A stretch of DNA of 62,984 bases, filler included, from Pelomyxa schiedti (GCA_020536535.1; 5 parts of 5 records of this genome joined end to end with filler, not necessarily neighbours in it); one strand, 5' to 3'; positions 12,831 to 24,302 are shown, numbered from the whole stretch's first letter. Translations and numbers: made by a program. Notes: generated by a model from the sequence alone, not told the origin.

Positions 12831-13399
12831 ATAATAAAGAAAACTCTAAGAGTTTTGGGCGTAAGATAGCGAAACCCCAATCCCACCCACTATATTAATA
12901 ATAATCTACTATGTCACGAGACCCCAGGGATCAAGCCAAGCCAAGTCCCAACGTAGTAAGTAATAATAACATAGAGGGCGGGGGAAAAAAAAGAGTACTT
13001 CTTAGGGGAGAGAGCAGGGAGTACCAGGCCAGGCACACCCTCAGGCAGCTCCCCCAGGTCGCCGCATATTCCCCCCCGACCCCCAGCCGCTGCCTCGGCC
13101 CGCCCCTCCCCCCGCACGGGCTCACGGCAGCAAGGGCGGGCCTCCCGCTCCCCCACGCCCTCCCCCTTCCTGGGCCCCAGCGCCGTGACCCAGTCCAGCG
13201 CCGCCCTGACCCCCTTGCCCGCTCACCTGCTCCCCGAGGTGGTTCCCCTGTGTCCCTGTGCCTGTCCCTGCGGCAACAGCAGTGGCCGAGCCGGGGGCCG
13301 CTGCTGCCGCCCTCGTGGCTCCACGCCCCTCCCCGCTGCTGCTAGTACTAGTAGTAGCAACCACTGCGCTCGCGCTCATGGGAAGCGGGAACAACAGGA

Positions 13400-14490
13400 C
13401 TTCCTCGGTGTGGATCAAGGGGTTGAAGTTCTGAACTTGGTAGTTTTCGGGGCGTTTGATGATGGACGGTGGTGGAGTACTGCGCAAAAAGGTGTTACTT
13501 TTGGGACCTCATCAACTGGAAAATCGTGTGCATATTTTCTATTGTGTTTTTCTTAGAAGAGTGGAAAAGTTTGTCACTCACTCACACGACTCAGTTCATT
13601 TTTTCGGGCACTTGGTATTTGTACGGGTGCGTTGAGGGGCACAAAACTGTTATGGGACAATGCACTCTGATGGAAGTGTGCTCAAACTCAGGGCCAGTGT
13701 TGTGAATCTCTTTGTTTCATTAAACATTCAGAAGCCAGGGTTGATGTAAGTGCTGATGTTTTCTTTTTTGTTTTTTGTATCAGTGTTTTGCTGTTGTTAC
13801 TCCTCAACATTCCTGTAAGATTTTAGAATGCTTAGGGTCACTGGATACAAGTACATTCTCCAAGTTGTATGACCTTTTGAAAAATGACCCTGCTGTTAAA
13901 TCTATCCTCACTAATGTCTGCTTTCATTATTTCATTTTTTTTCTCTGACTGCTTGCTCTTCAAGTATCATGAACTGGGACTTCACCTAACACCTCTAGCT
14001 AGTTTCGTTTCATCATCAGATCTCCTTTGGAGGCTATCCCAGCATTCTCCTCTTACTACAATCTGGGAAGTTCTGAGTTCTGGAATTCCCAGTACTGGAA
14101 TTCACACCTGGGAAATGGACATTGAAGGAAGCGGAGTATTAGTTCTTGATGTGGGAGGGACTCCTCCCCAACGCAAGAAATGGATCCACTGGTGGATGAA
14201 TATTCAACTTCGTGTCGATTTATATATTCTAGTTATGACGATGTCTCCGCTGTCCTATTCTTTGTATCCTTAACTAGCTATGATGAGCTCACGGCTGACT
14301 GACTCCGACAGTATTATTTCTTTTTTCATCTTTCTTTTTGTCACATTGTATCAGACTTGATGATGCCGCTTCATTACTAGCTTCTGTTTCTAAATCAGAA
14401 CGACTCAGAGAAAAACCTATCTTTCTTCTACTCTCGATGCTAGATCAATTTCAGCTAAAGCGCATCTCTGTCCCAGTGAATCTTGATTGG
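13400..14490 (+). CDS. Divergent heterotrimeric G-alpha-like protein
   Basis: G1-like GTSSTGKS (13503-13526); switch I/II-like STGIHTWEMDIEGSGVLVLDVGGTPPQRKKWIHWW (~14090-14195); G4-region RLDDAASLLASVSKSERLREKPIFLLLSMLD. The order and spacing match the G-alpha family. Confidence 0.75.
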
Positions 14491-15403
14491 CCTCCAGCTG
14501 GGACTCTATCGCTGACAATTACTACGATATTCTTGCTGACAAAGTCTCCGCCATCGATCTTCCATTTTGGAAAAGGATGGCGAGAGAGGCATGCACTTCT
14601 TGTGGAAACAACCAGATTCTCGAAGTAATGGCCGGCACTGGGAGAGTGTCTATACCCTTGGCAATTGATGGAGCCGCTGCGCACCGTGTTGTTGTTGCAG
14701 TAGACTATTGCAACTCTATGCTTCGGAAGCTTAGTGAAAAAGCCACAAACGTTTCCCCTAGGGGAATCATTGAAACTATGTACCAGGTTGAATCCAATAA
14801 ACCGTACCTGCTTAATTTAACCCTCCTTAGGATGCCAGAAAGCTGGACCTTGGTGAAAGAAAATTCAAAATTCGGACTTGTATTTATTGCTTTGAATAGT
14901 ATTTCCTGGAAATGTCATCCCGCACTATGACAGTTACTGCTCTTGCTCGGCATCTAGCTCCGCATGGAACTCTGATTCTCACTCTGCACAATCCTACAGT
15001 CAAGCGGGAATCGTACAAGAATATTAGCCAATCCGGAACTGAACCAAAGGACCCGGAACTAGCTGAGGCTGATTCACACTTCCGGAAGCATCGAGGTACC
15101 AATCTCACAACACCCGGCAATTGAATGTGATATCCCAACAAGGTATATTCCAAGGGGGAACTATCTGAATGCAGCCGGATAGCAACTGGCGAACAGTACT
15201 ATGTGGATTGTGCCCGAGGTTGTAGTGTCTCACTACCCATCAAGTTCGAACTGGTTGAAAAGCAAGAACTGATTGACACGGCAGAGGAATGTGGCCTAGA
15301 ACTCACCAAGACCCTTGGTGGATACAACGATGAAGAATACAATCCCACTACCAGTCCATTTATCGTTCTCAGTTTCACTAAACCCGGCCCTACAGACTTG
15401 TAA
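14487..15403 (+). CDS. Class I SAM-dependent methyltransferase (Methyltransf_25-like), frameshifted near 14900
   Basis: Motif I ILEVMAGTGRV, post-I VAVDYCNSML, FIALNS(FLE), LARHLAPHGTLILTLHNP, and C-terminus ECGLELTKTLGGYNDEEYNPTTSPFIVL. No ATG at the apparent start. Confidence 0.85.
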
Positions 15404-15496
15404 AAGTATTTAAAAACACAAAAAAAAAAAAAAAAAATTCCATTTTGTTCACCTCAGGTATTGATACACAAAATTTCTGAGTTTTGGAGATTAGTG

Positions 15497-15706
15497 TTAC
15501 AAACAAGAAGACAGTAACAAAGAAATTATTGACCTGCTACTTGCTTGAACCCGTGCGTGCGACGACGTGGCCGGCGCTGCGAGTTGACTGCGTGTGGTGA
15601 GGGCAGGAACAGACCGCAACGTTGTTCCTGTTGTTGTGCTTGTTGGGGCCCGGCGTTCGCTGAGATTCCCATCAGATGGTTTTATCAGAAAGGTGGTTCG
15701 CAACAA
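15497..15706 (-). pseudogene. Isolated 5' fragment of an expanded family (RSQLAAPATSSHARV motif)
   Basis: Motif resembles KSQLVAFAASSQARCG at the start of the 16189-17456 gene. Confidence 0.4.
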
Positions 15707-16188
15707 AAATCAATCATTCTGCAATTGGCTGAATAAAATAATCAACAGACCGGAACGCTGTACTTTTCGTTATCGTGGCTCAGGATCGGCGGTCTGGTGT
15801 TTTTTTTAATCAGCCAATTGAGTTCATCACTCTTTGCTGTTTGTTCCTGTGGGTTGAGGTTGAACGATGAGGCTGGAAAGAATCACCCAACCTGGAACCG
15901 GACTCAGAACTCTGATCTCCTAGCACACACAATACTCTATCACTGATGTCAGGGGTGTAGTGCACCCTGCAGGACCACGAACTGTTCATACAAAAGGGAA
16001 ATGAGCTTACTGTCAAGGAACCACTCACAGGGTGCATGAAACATCGTGTGACCTTGCTGCCAGCACTGCACGAAGTTGGTCACCCTGATGTTGTATCGAT
16101 TTTTAGTGTTTTATCTATTATCTTAGAACGTACCTTGATTGGGGGAGCAGCCCAGCAGATTGATGGGGTCAGCTCTTGATGAGAATTG

Positions 16189-17456
16189 TCAAAGAATGGA
16201 GTCCCTCTCAATAATCCAGAGTTTCTTGTCTGGAGGGAAGGTGATTGTGATTACAATGAGGCCAGAGTCAGGATCCAACACTTGAATCTGGGCACCTTTC
16301 ACAACAAAAAGGAACCCTGAGCCACAAATAACCTGCCAGCATCCTGGAAAACTCACTGTTTTGAATGGTGTTTCTGTGTTGTTGCACTCCCAAAACTCGC
16401 ACATCAAGTTGAGTTGGGAAAAAAGGGCACAAAAAACGGACTTGTTGAGCTGGCTAACACAATGGCTAGCAGCATTCATTTCAGTACTTCTCAGATGTGT
16501 CAAGTGGCCTGTTGATGAGTCCACTTGGAAGAGGTCCACCCACGGGAATAACAACACAAAAGCAGCGGAACCATCTTGTTTCCTCAATAATAGCGTGTAC
16601 CCGCGATCCTCCATCATAAATCTGCGGTTAATTTCAGTTTCAGTGATCAAAACGGAACTGCCACAGACAAGGCTCTTTGTATGAAATGAGCCCAGCAAAT
16701 CAACAACAACGAGTTCCAGGTTCCAAATCTGGGTGCACCCCCCTGGCAGCAGAGAGATTCCAACAAGGATCAGTTCACCTTCAGAACAGTTTGGGAACAG
16801 AAACCGCAGGAAGCGAAAGTTCTCTGGCAGATTCACTTGCACTCGCCTTGGTGACGGCGGAGCGGCACAACGGCCGTTGCAGGACTCATCAGGAGATATC
16901 TTCACAATGACCAGAGAGTCCAGCTCCCTGTTCGTAGCCACGGCCCAATCCATCCACCTGCTCACAACCACCCAGCTCCCAACATCCTCACCAAACCCAA
17001 TGATCCTTCCACTGGCGCCGGGTTGCAGAAGTGGAGCGACCCTGTACTCCCTGTTGCCACAGACGGAGATCTGATCCATCACGTGGGTAGGGTCACACAG
17101 ACTCCTCCAGATGCATAAGCCGGGATCACTCCTTCTAAAGTGCGCTGTGGTAATTCCAGCGGATTCGACGCCCAGCAGTGTGCGTGAAATTCTGAACGAC
17201 ACCACATCCACCTCTGGGTAGGTTGACAATCCAGGCTCACCCACAACGATGGCAAACGACACCATGCACAGGAAGCGCGGAGAAAAGAGAGAGAGGCCGA
17301 GGCGAATGGGGACCCTGGCAGCCACAGTGCCCGAGCTGGGCTGTGTGCCCCGCACCTTGCCTGCGACGATGCGGCAAACGCAACAAGTTGGCTCTTAATG
17401 CACACGGCAGGGACGCCACGCGGGGGCCTCCTTTGTGAACTCGAAGCCTGGCCCAT
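16189..17456 (-). CDS. Intronless expanded-family protein (QLVAFAASSQARCGAHSPARAL N-terminal motif, beta-rich C-terminus); frameshift in (CT)n tract
   Basis: ATG 17456 (MGQASSSQ) frame switches to the 388-aa ORF at the CTCTCTCTC tract near 17285-17295. A paralog fragment lies at 230-619. Confidence 0.7.
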
Positions 17457-17545
17457 TTCCTGTGTCTGCGACAGAAAATTGTTCCCAGAAATCAGAAACC
17501 GCCGCGATGCGGAGAAAGAACCAACAACGTAAGAGTCGCGTCGAC

Positions 17546-18432
17546 ATGGAAGACAACAACAGCAACAGACTGTCCCCAAACCCAACCACCACTACGCGTC
17601 TTTCCTTTTCGGGAGACACCAAGAAAGCAATGCGGGGAGAGCCTAAGAAGTCATCAAATGGGTTTTGAGCACACTCACTTTGCTCGTGCCTGTTCCAACA
17701 AGAGAGACAGTGTTGAGGTAGTGAAGTACCTCTCACAAATTGTCACTCTTGATGCAGACCAAATCGAGTCAGGATCTATCACGGCCATTGCTTCAACAAC
17801 ACAGCAATTGCAACATGGCTTGATGTTCGTAATACTGAGCGAAATGGACAACTTGCTAGAAGCTGGGAGTATCACTTTGTCTATGTTGGAGGCTCTCTTG
17901 CACCCTCCACATCGAGGTCACCATCAAGAATCTTGGGCTTACGTCCCATCGTCATCTTGTTGAAGTGTGCTGATGTAGATTTCCGCTTTCTCAAGGAACA
18001 TCAAGTTCAGCGAAAAAGACCAAAGAGGCTTGTGCAAAGAGGTGCACGTGTACAGCGATGTACAAATTGTGGGGCGCTGGGGTTCTTGTGGTGGTGATGT
18101 CGGTGATGTTGCCAATGACACATTGTGGGTGTGTGACGAAGTCGGACCTGCCAAGTGAGTTTGGGTGACTTTTATTTTTCCTTGGTTAACGTAAACTTAC
18201 TGTTGTTCAAAAGTTCCACTCAGTTCATTCGTTGGAGTGCCAGCAATTCCCCCTCCTGGGCTTTACTATGCCTTCTCTGAGCAAAGGACACCACTGTACC
18301 TGTGCACATCCATGTGGGAGCTGGCAAGTGGAATTGATGTTGTGGACAGCGTCAGCGCAACTGATGGTCCCGGTTGTGCAAGTGGCTCACTTGACTTGCC
18401 TGACTTCTTGAAGTCTCTTGGCGACCAGCAGT
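17546..18432 (+). pseudogene. Degenerate ankyrin-like/helical-repeat gene, frameshifted, runs into gap
   Basis: EVIKWVLS and ACSNKRDSVEVVKYLSQIVTLD segments occur in different frames; later exon 18237-18432. Confidence 0.4.
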
Positions 18433-18532
18433 NNNNNNNNNNNNNNNNNNNNNNNNNNNNNNNNNNNNNNNNNNNNNNNNNNNNNNNNNNNNNNNNNNNN
18501 NNNNNNNNNNNNNNNNNNNNNNNNNNNNNNNN

Positions 18533-19320
18533 TACACAAGAGGCATCAACCGCCCCTGTTGATGTTGCTAGCCCATAATGTGCTCGTGGCTGTGCTACAG
18601 GCAGTGGTACTAGATGCTACGTTGGTATCAGATTACCCACCGACGTGGTGATGATCGCTACGAAACGCCATAGCCGTTCAGAAAGAGAACAGGGAACAGT
18701 AGAGACAGAGTAGAGAGAAAAAAGAGGGTGCGTTTACGTGCCCATTGTGCATACAGAGTTTTATTAAAAACTTTGTTCCACATTGATCAGGAAAAGTTTA
18801 AGCTGCTAGGTGGCAGGGAAGTAGTGTCTGGAGGATGACATTTTTCAGGTGCCAAAGAGTGCAGCGTTGCCAAAATTGTAGATCACCTCTCAACAGTTTT
18901 CATGGGATGATTTTGATTGTGGTTGATCTTTTCGCAACTGGTTGCTGACGCGACACCAAAAATACACGATGGACGGGCCGGGAAGGGGAAGGGGAGGGGG
19001 AAGGGGAGGGGGCAGGGGAGGGGGCAGGGGAGGGGGCAGGGGAGGGACGGGAGGAGGGCATGCGAAAGGGAAAGTTTCGATAAACAAGGACTTAGGGAGA
19101 ACGTTTACTGTCTCCAGCCATTCTTTTTTGGAGCTCAAGACACTCATTTTGGAGCAGAAACCACCTCTGGAGGCTGGGGGATGGTACCACAACCACGGCA
19201 TCAACTTGGCCACGGTGGAACCAAATTTGGATGCTCTTGAAGACGCTAAGGTGCTGTGCCGGGAAGCACCGAAAATTTCCCTGGAATCTGGTCTTGGTGC
19301 CCTGCTGACGCTGAACACGT
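18533..19320 (+). repeat. Segmental duplication copy 2, including truncated RGG-repeat gene (ATG 18969)
   Basis: Matches 5803-6560 with an expanded G-rich repeat. Confidence 0.95.
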
Positions 19321-19364
19321 NNNNNNNNNNNNNNNNNNNNNNNNNNNNNNNNNNNNNNNNNNNN

Positions 19365-19376
19365 TTAATTAATTAA
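19365..19376. other. Artificial contig-join linker TTAATTAATTAA (also 29686-29697, 59869-59880, 61720-61731)
   Basis: Identical 12-mer with stops in all six frames, centred in 44+44 N. Confidence 0.95.
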
Positions 19377-19420
19377 NNNNNNNNNNNNNNNNNNNNNNNN
19401 NNNNNNNNNNNNNNNNNNNN

Positions 19421-19627
19421 TGTTTTTCACGCCGATGCCCCCTATCGGCGCACCCCAAGTTACTCGAGCCACCAAAGAACTCCGGCTCGTTTCTTTTTTA
19501 ACTCGTTTGTTTTGTGGGATTTATACTTGTGGGAGACAGTCCGGAGGGTTTATGGTTGATCCTCATCAGATGACGAAGTCTTTTTTGCGGTACTACTGGT
19601 TCTGCTAGATGAGCGAGTGCACACACC
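19421..19627 (+). mobile_element. Left-end fragment (inner TIR + subterminal region) of a second piggyBac-like family member
   Basis: Near-identical to ~22300-22525; truncated by the contig start. Confidence 0.85.
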
Positions 19628-20049
19628 AGTCTTTTTCTCAGTGTTGGAATCTTTGCCCAGCCAAAGAGTAACCGTCACTGTTAGTCCTGCTGACATACTG
19701 TTAACTAAAAAAAACAGGGAAAAAAACGAAAAGAACCTGCTCACTGGCTGAGATGCCACAACCGGAGTTTTCACGGCACCTGTTGCTGGGGGATCAACCA
19801 CAGCTGGTTTAGTTTTGCTCTCGGGTAGTGATACCGGTGGTAAAAATGGGGAGGTGGCCCACTCAGTATCCTTTTCATCGTCAGATGGAACCTCAATAAG
19901 AGCAAGTTCTGGTAAAAAGTAAGTAAATAGTAGGAAAACAAGATGTTTGNNNNNNNNNNNNNNNNNNNNNNNNNNNNNNNNNNNNNNNNNNNNNNNNNNN
20001 NNNNNNNNNNNNNNNNNNNNNNNNNNNNNNNNNNNNNNNNNNNNNNNNN

Positions 20050-21016
20050 TCGTTCCATTTCCGACCGTAACAATAAACATACAGCTGGCGTTCTACATTG
20101 GCACCGAATGCCCGTCTTCTCTGGAATCAATTTACAGCTACTACGACATTGTGTCACCAACTGGCACTCTGTCCACCGAGTGCAACTCGGCCTGGTATTC
20201 CTTTGGGGACACATTCACGACCGGTTATTATCAGCTCTCCAGCTGCGGTGCCTTCAACGATCTCATCAAATACAACGCGCAGCTTCTCATCGATTCCGAT
20301 GGTTAGTTTTTTCTCGCCTCCCTCCCCCTCACGCAATCTTATCCAATAAAATACATCCAAAATGTATGTATGTATGATATGACTCTGGAAACCAACAACA
20401 CAGATTGCAGTGGAGTTCCCCTTTGGGGATACGCAACACTCACAAGGTTCTGCGAGTATCCAGAGGATGGTACATGCGACATCCTGGATGAGGAAACAGG
20501 CACATACGAGAACACAACCTGCCTTGACCAGTCATCAGTCTCCGAGGCAGGAACCACCTTGGAAGGAGGGTGAGTGCTTATTCATTCCTCTCTCCAAATT
20601 CCTCTCTATGCCCCATATGAGATGCCTGACGCAAAAAACAAAACACACACACACACACAAACACACAACACAGAGCCGTTCTGTTGGTCTCACAGAGTGA
20701 CACCTGCAACCTCGAGGAAATCACTGTGATGACCTTCTACCGCGGGGGCGACTGCGTGTGCGACAACGAGGGCGAGTGCTGGTCGCTCGAGTGCACCCAC
20801 ACAACCGACGAGGAGCCAGGGACTGTCACTTTCGCCAGCTTCGATACTGCTGATGGAACGTGTGACAGCACAACCGCACCAGAGGAGATGCCGGAGCAAG
20901 AGTGCTTCGTCAGAGAGGGAGTCACCATGATGTGGCTGTGCTCTGCCCCGTCTCCGGCATCGATTGCCTCTTTGTTGGTGTTGCTTCTTGTGGCTTCTTG
21001 GTTGTTGCTTCTGTGA
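20050..21016 (+). CDS. Cys-rich acidic cell-surface protein with GPI-anchor-like hydrophobic C-terminus
   Basis: Three GT-AG-separated exons; ends SAPSPASIASLLVLLLVASWLLLL*. The 5' end is lost in the gap. A second copy lies at 27297-27600. Confidence 0.7.
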
Positions 21017-22428
21017 GTTTCAGGAACCAACCCTGAATTTCGTTGTACAACAGACAAGTTCCTTCCCAGGAAATCCCTGGATCTCCCACAGAATCAGAAG
21101 AGGGATTTACCTTGGTGATGTTACACTGTAAGTGCAGTAGTGTGTGCTTCTGTGGGATGTGTTCGTTGTGTGACGGCAAAGCATAGAACAAGAATGAGAT
21201 CAAGAAAGAGATTCTATTATTTGTTCTGTTTGTTGTTTGTTTTGATTTGTGGGATTAGGTCGCGATTCTAAGGTTGGAGTGTGTCGGGCTTATAAGGACT
21301 CGAAAAGGACTTGACATCGAGGTGAACGATCATGTAGATTTCCTAAGATGTCAGGGCCGAGCGCTGACTCAGCAGGTCAGTCTCTCAGTCTCGGTGTTCG
21401 TGCTCGTGCTCGCAGAGAGTTTGCTTGTGTATTCTACAGAATCACACAATAGGTGATTAAGGTTTTTCCCTTGCTTCATCCCAGGTTGGTACTTTGGATG
21501 CTGTGGCTGTATGCTCTGTTGGGGGCTCCTCGTTTGTTCAAAATCTTTGGTTCATTGGTCAAAAAAAAAAAGAAAAGGATACCTGTATCTGTAAGTGCCC
21601 TCTCCTTTTTAACAGCACTGATCCCCACATAATAGGTACCCACAGGCACCAGGACTGACTAACCAAATTGCACACTCCCTCCCTCTACACTACACGCTCT
21701 TGGGGATCATCATGCCATTTATGTAAAAAAGAATCCAGTTTCCAAAATCAAATGCTTGGTGTGTGATGTTGGTTGGGGTTGTGGTGGCTGAGGGTGTTGT
21801 TGTGCCTGGTTATGTGTTGGTGCCCTGGTTGTTGGTGGTGCTGTCTGGGCTGTGGTTGTGGTCCTAATAGGTGCCTTGCTTGCTGGAGCTGGTGCCTTTG
21901 TACGTGATGCCATTGTGAGTGGCTTACTTATTGTTGGAGCTGGTGCCTTTGTTTGTGAGGGTAACTTTGTTGGTGCACTGATGAGTGGTGTCCTGTGGTG
22001 GGAAAGTGCTTTGGAGCGTGGTGCTGGCTTAGAGTCCTGTGGCACATATGTTATTTTATGCCAACACAAGGTTTTTGTGTCACAATAAAAACAGTTTACC
22101 TGCCGGCGAGTCTAGATCATGCAACACCAACAAAATAAGAAAAAGAACACAAATACCATCTATCTGCAAGTTTGCCCAGGTTACAACCTTTGTCTTGAGG
22201 TGCTGTACACACAGAACCAGGTATATCTCTTTGCGTTGTACGGCACAATCCGCTCGTTGCCGGGGCGCCTAACGGGGACGAAATTTGGACGTTTTTTCAT
22301 GTTTTTCACGCCGATGCCCCCTATCGGCGCACCCCAAGTTACTCGAGCCACCAAAGAACTCCGGCTCGTTTCTTTTTTAACTCGTTTGTTTTGTGGGATT
22401 TATACTTGTGGGAGACAGTCTGGAGGGT

Positions 22429-23929
22429 TTATGGTTGATCCTCATCAGATGCCGAAGTCTTTTTTGCGGTACTACTGGTTCTGCTAGATGAGCGAGTGCA
22501 CACACCAGTCTTTTTCTCCGTGTTGGTGAGTCCTCTCTCTTGCTGGTGGGCGATTGGGATCAGAAAATGAGTTCCTGATGTAAGCATCCATATCGAAAGT
22601 CGCATAATGTGGTGAATAAGGAGATGCCGGCTTACTGGGTGATACGTTCGCCTTAGCGGGTTGCTGGGGAGGTGTCTGCAGCTTACTGGGCGATATGTTC
22701 GCCTTAGCGGGTTGCTGGGGAGGTGTCTGTGGCTTTGACTGCGTTTGGGGTTGTGGTTTATTGGGCATCGGAGGTGGCACATGAACCAGTGGCCGTTGCA
22801 GATCTGAACAGCGCTGCCTTTTTGTATAGAACATTGAACTTCAGCACCAGGCAATGGGGGTATCTTGAAGCCGTGAGTGAGAGGTCTAAATGAATGAAGT
22901 ACTGAGCCAGTAAATCAAATAACTTCTCCTGGGTGGCCACATCCAAATCTTCGTAAAGTTGTACGTATTCACAAGCAACCTTTTCCGATTTTATTCTCAT
23001 GTTTTGGACCACAGGGGATTCAATTACTTCCTAAATCCAGTTATTCAATAAAAAACGAAGAAACAAACACAAACCTTCCATGGTTTCACTGCTGACTTGG
23101 CAGCAGGGTACTGAACTGCAGGATAGCGCAGGTGGTAAATAATTCTGGCTTTGCAAAGATAGTTGGTTTCAGTGCTGTTCTCTGCAAAATAGCTCAGTTC
23201 AAGCCAGGTCAAATAAAAAAAAGGGGGTGTTTTTTTTTTTTTTTTTAATACTTACTCATTCCAGCCAAGAAAGAAATATTCTGCATAATATCATTTGTGA
23301 CGTTGGTGCAGTAGATGCGAGCCGGTATCCGTGTTTGTGGCAGTGTCATATTAAAAAAAAAGTCTGCCGATGCTTCAGTTAATACTGGGATGCCCTGCTT
23401 TTTGCAGCTGGTCACAAAGTCGCAGATTGGTGCCGCAAACCGCCGGTGATTTCCGTCAAAACAGAGGTAAGTCCTGGTAGCGTCGTCCGCTGTCAGCGGT
23501 ACTACACAGATCGGAAGTAACGACTGGTCAACTCCAGTTTTCAACATCGTATCGACGAGGTGCCCCATGGCGCCCTGTTCAAGGTGTCGGATCTGAAACA
23601 CATGTGTGATCTAAGTAGTTTGTTTTAGAGATTTTTACTGTAACCTTCGCTCAACCTGTGGAAACAGAAGATACTCCACCTCCTCTGTCCAAGTGACATG
23701 CGTACTGCAGGGAGACTTTGTATGTAGTTGCTTGGTGAAACTAGCTTCACTGCCTGCAAAAACAGAAAGGAAATAATCCATTTCGAATTAGCGTTGTTGT
23801 AGATAAGGCAACAAACAAGAAATAATAATAATAAAAAGTACAGGAGCTTACCCGCGACACATACAGCCTCCTAAAAGTGTCCCATTCTGGGACACTAAAA
23901 TATGGATTAACCTGCTTCGTGTTGGTCAT
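22429..23929 (-). CDS. ParB/Sulfiredoxin-like domain protein carried by the transposon (spliced; P/Q/S-rich tail, likely frameshift near 22830)
   Basis: Spliced model ...VTWTEEVEYLLFPQ|IRHLEQGAMGHLVDTMLKTGVDQSLLPICVVPLTADDATRTYLCFDGNHRRFAA fits the ParB-N pattern R-x-L...L..S/T-h...G....Pi.V......y.h.DGNHR..A. DGNHR is at 23443-23457. Confidence 0.8.
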
Positions 23930-24084
23930 TGGTATAAAGGTCTCTCCGGAGGACTTTGTGTCAGTACTGAAACTTCTGGCCCAGTGAGTCGTTTCTCTCT
24001 GTCCATTGGTTTTTGTTGTTTGTTTTCAAAAAAAAACTTGTGTGCAGTGAATACAAAGGCTGTTCCTCAGTGTTTCGGTTTGAG

Positions 24085-24302
24085 GGATACGTATCCGAAA
24101 CTGACTTTCGGAGATGTATCCCACAGGAAATGTTCAGGACACATCTCCGAAAGTCAGTTTCGGCGATGTGTCCTGAACATTTACGGGGGACACATGTCCG
24201 GAACCCAAATCGGATTTGTGTCCTGCACATTTCCTGTGGGACACGTATCCGGAACAAAAAAAGGGACTTGTGTCCGGTGCCTTCCCTGTGGGACACGTAT
24301 CC
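24085..24302. promoter_or_regulatory. Phased array of nine 12-bp pseudo-palindromic boxes (GGAYAC-RT-RTCC-like) between the divergent genes
   Basis: Box starts 24085, 24110, 24137, 24162, 24188, 24212, 24239, 24264, 24291. Box 1, GGATACGTATCC, is a perfect palindrome. A regulatory role is inferred. Confidence 0.7.

Noticed and set aside
19365-19376. TTAATTAATTAA as a piggyBac TTAA target array or biological motif
   Set aside because: Identical in four places, always centred in N padding; it is a six-frame-stop assembly linker.
19320-19421. Functional linkage between the first contig's genes (ankyrin-Hint, G-alpha) and the transposon
   Set aside because: They are separated by an artificial linker, so adjacency is not evidence.
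21180-21455. tRNA-derived SINE
   Set aside because: No A/B boxes, poly-A tail or TSD; the diverged copy conserves a peptide, so it is more likely an exon fragment.
24085-24302. CRISPR array
   Set aside because: Repeats are only 12 bp, spacers are 12-15 bp and themselves repeated or inverted; eukaryotic context with no cas genes.
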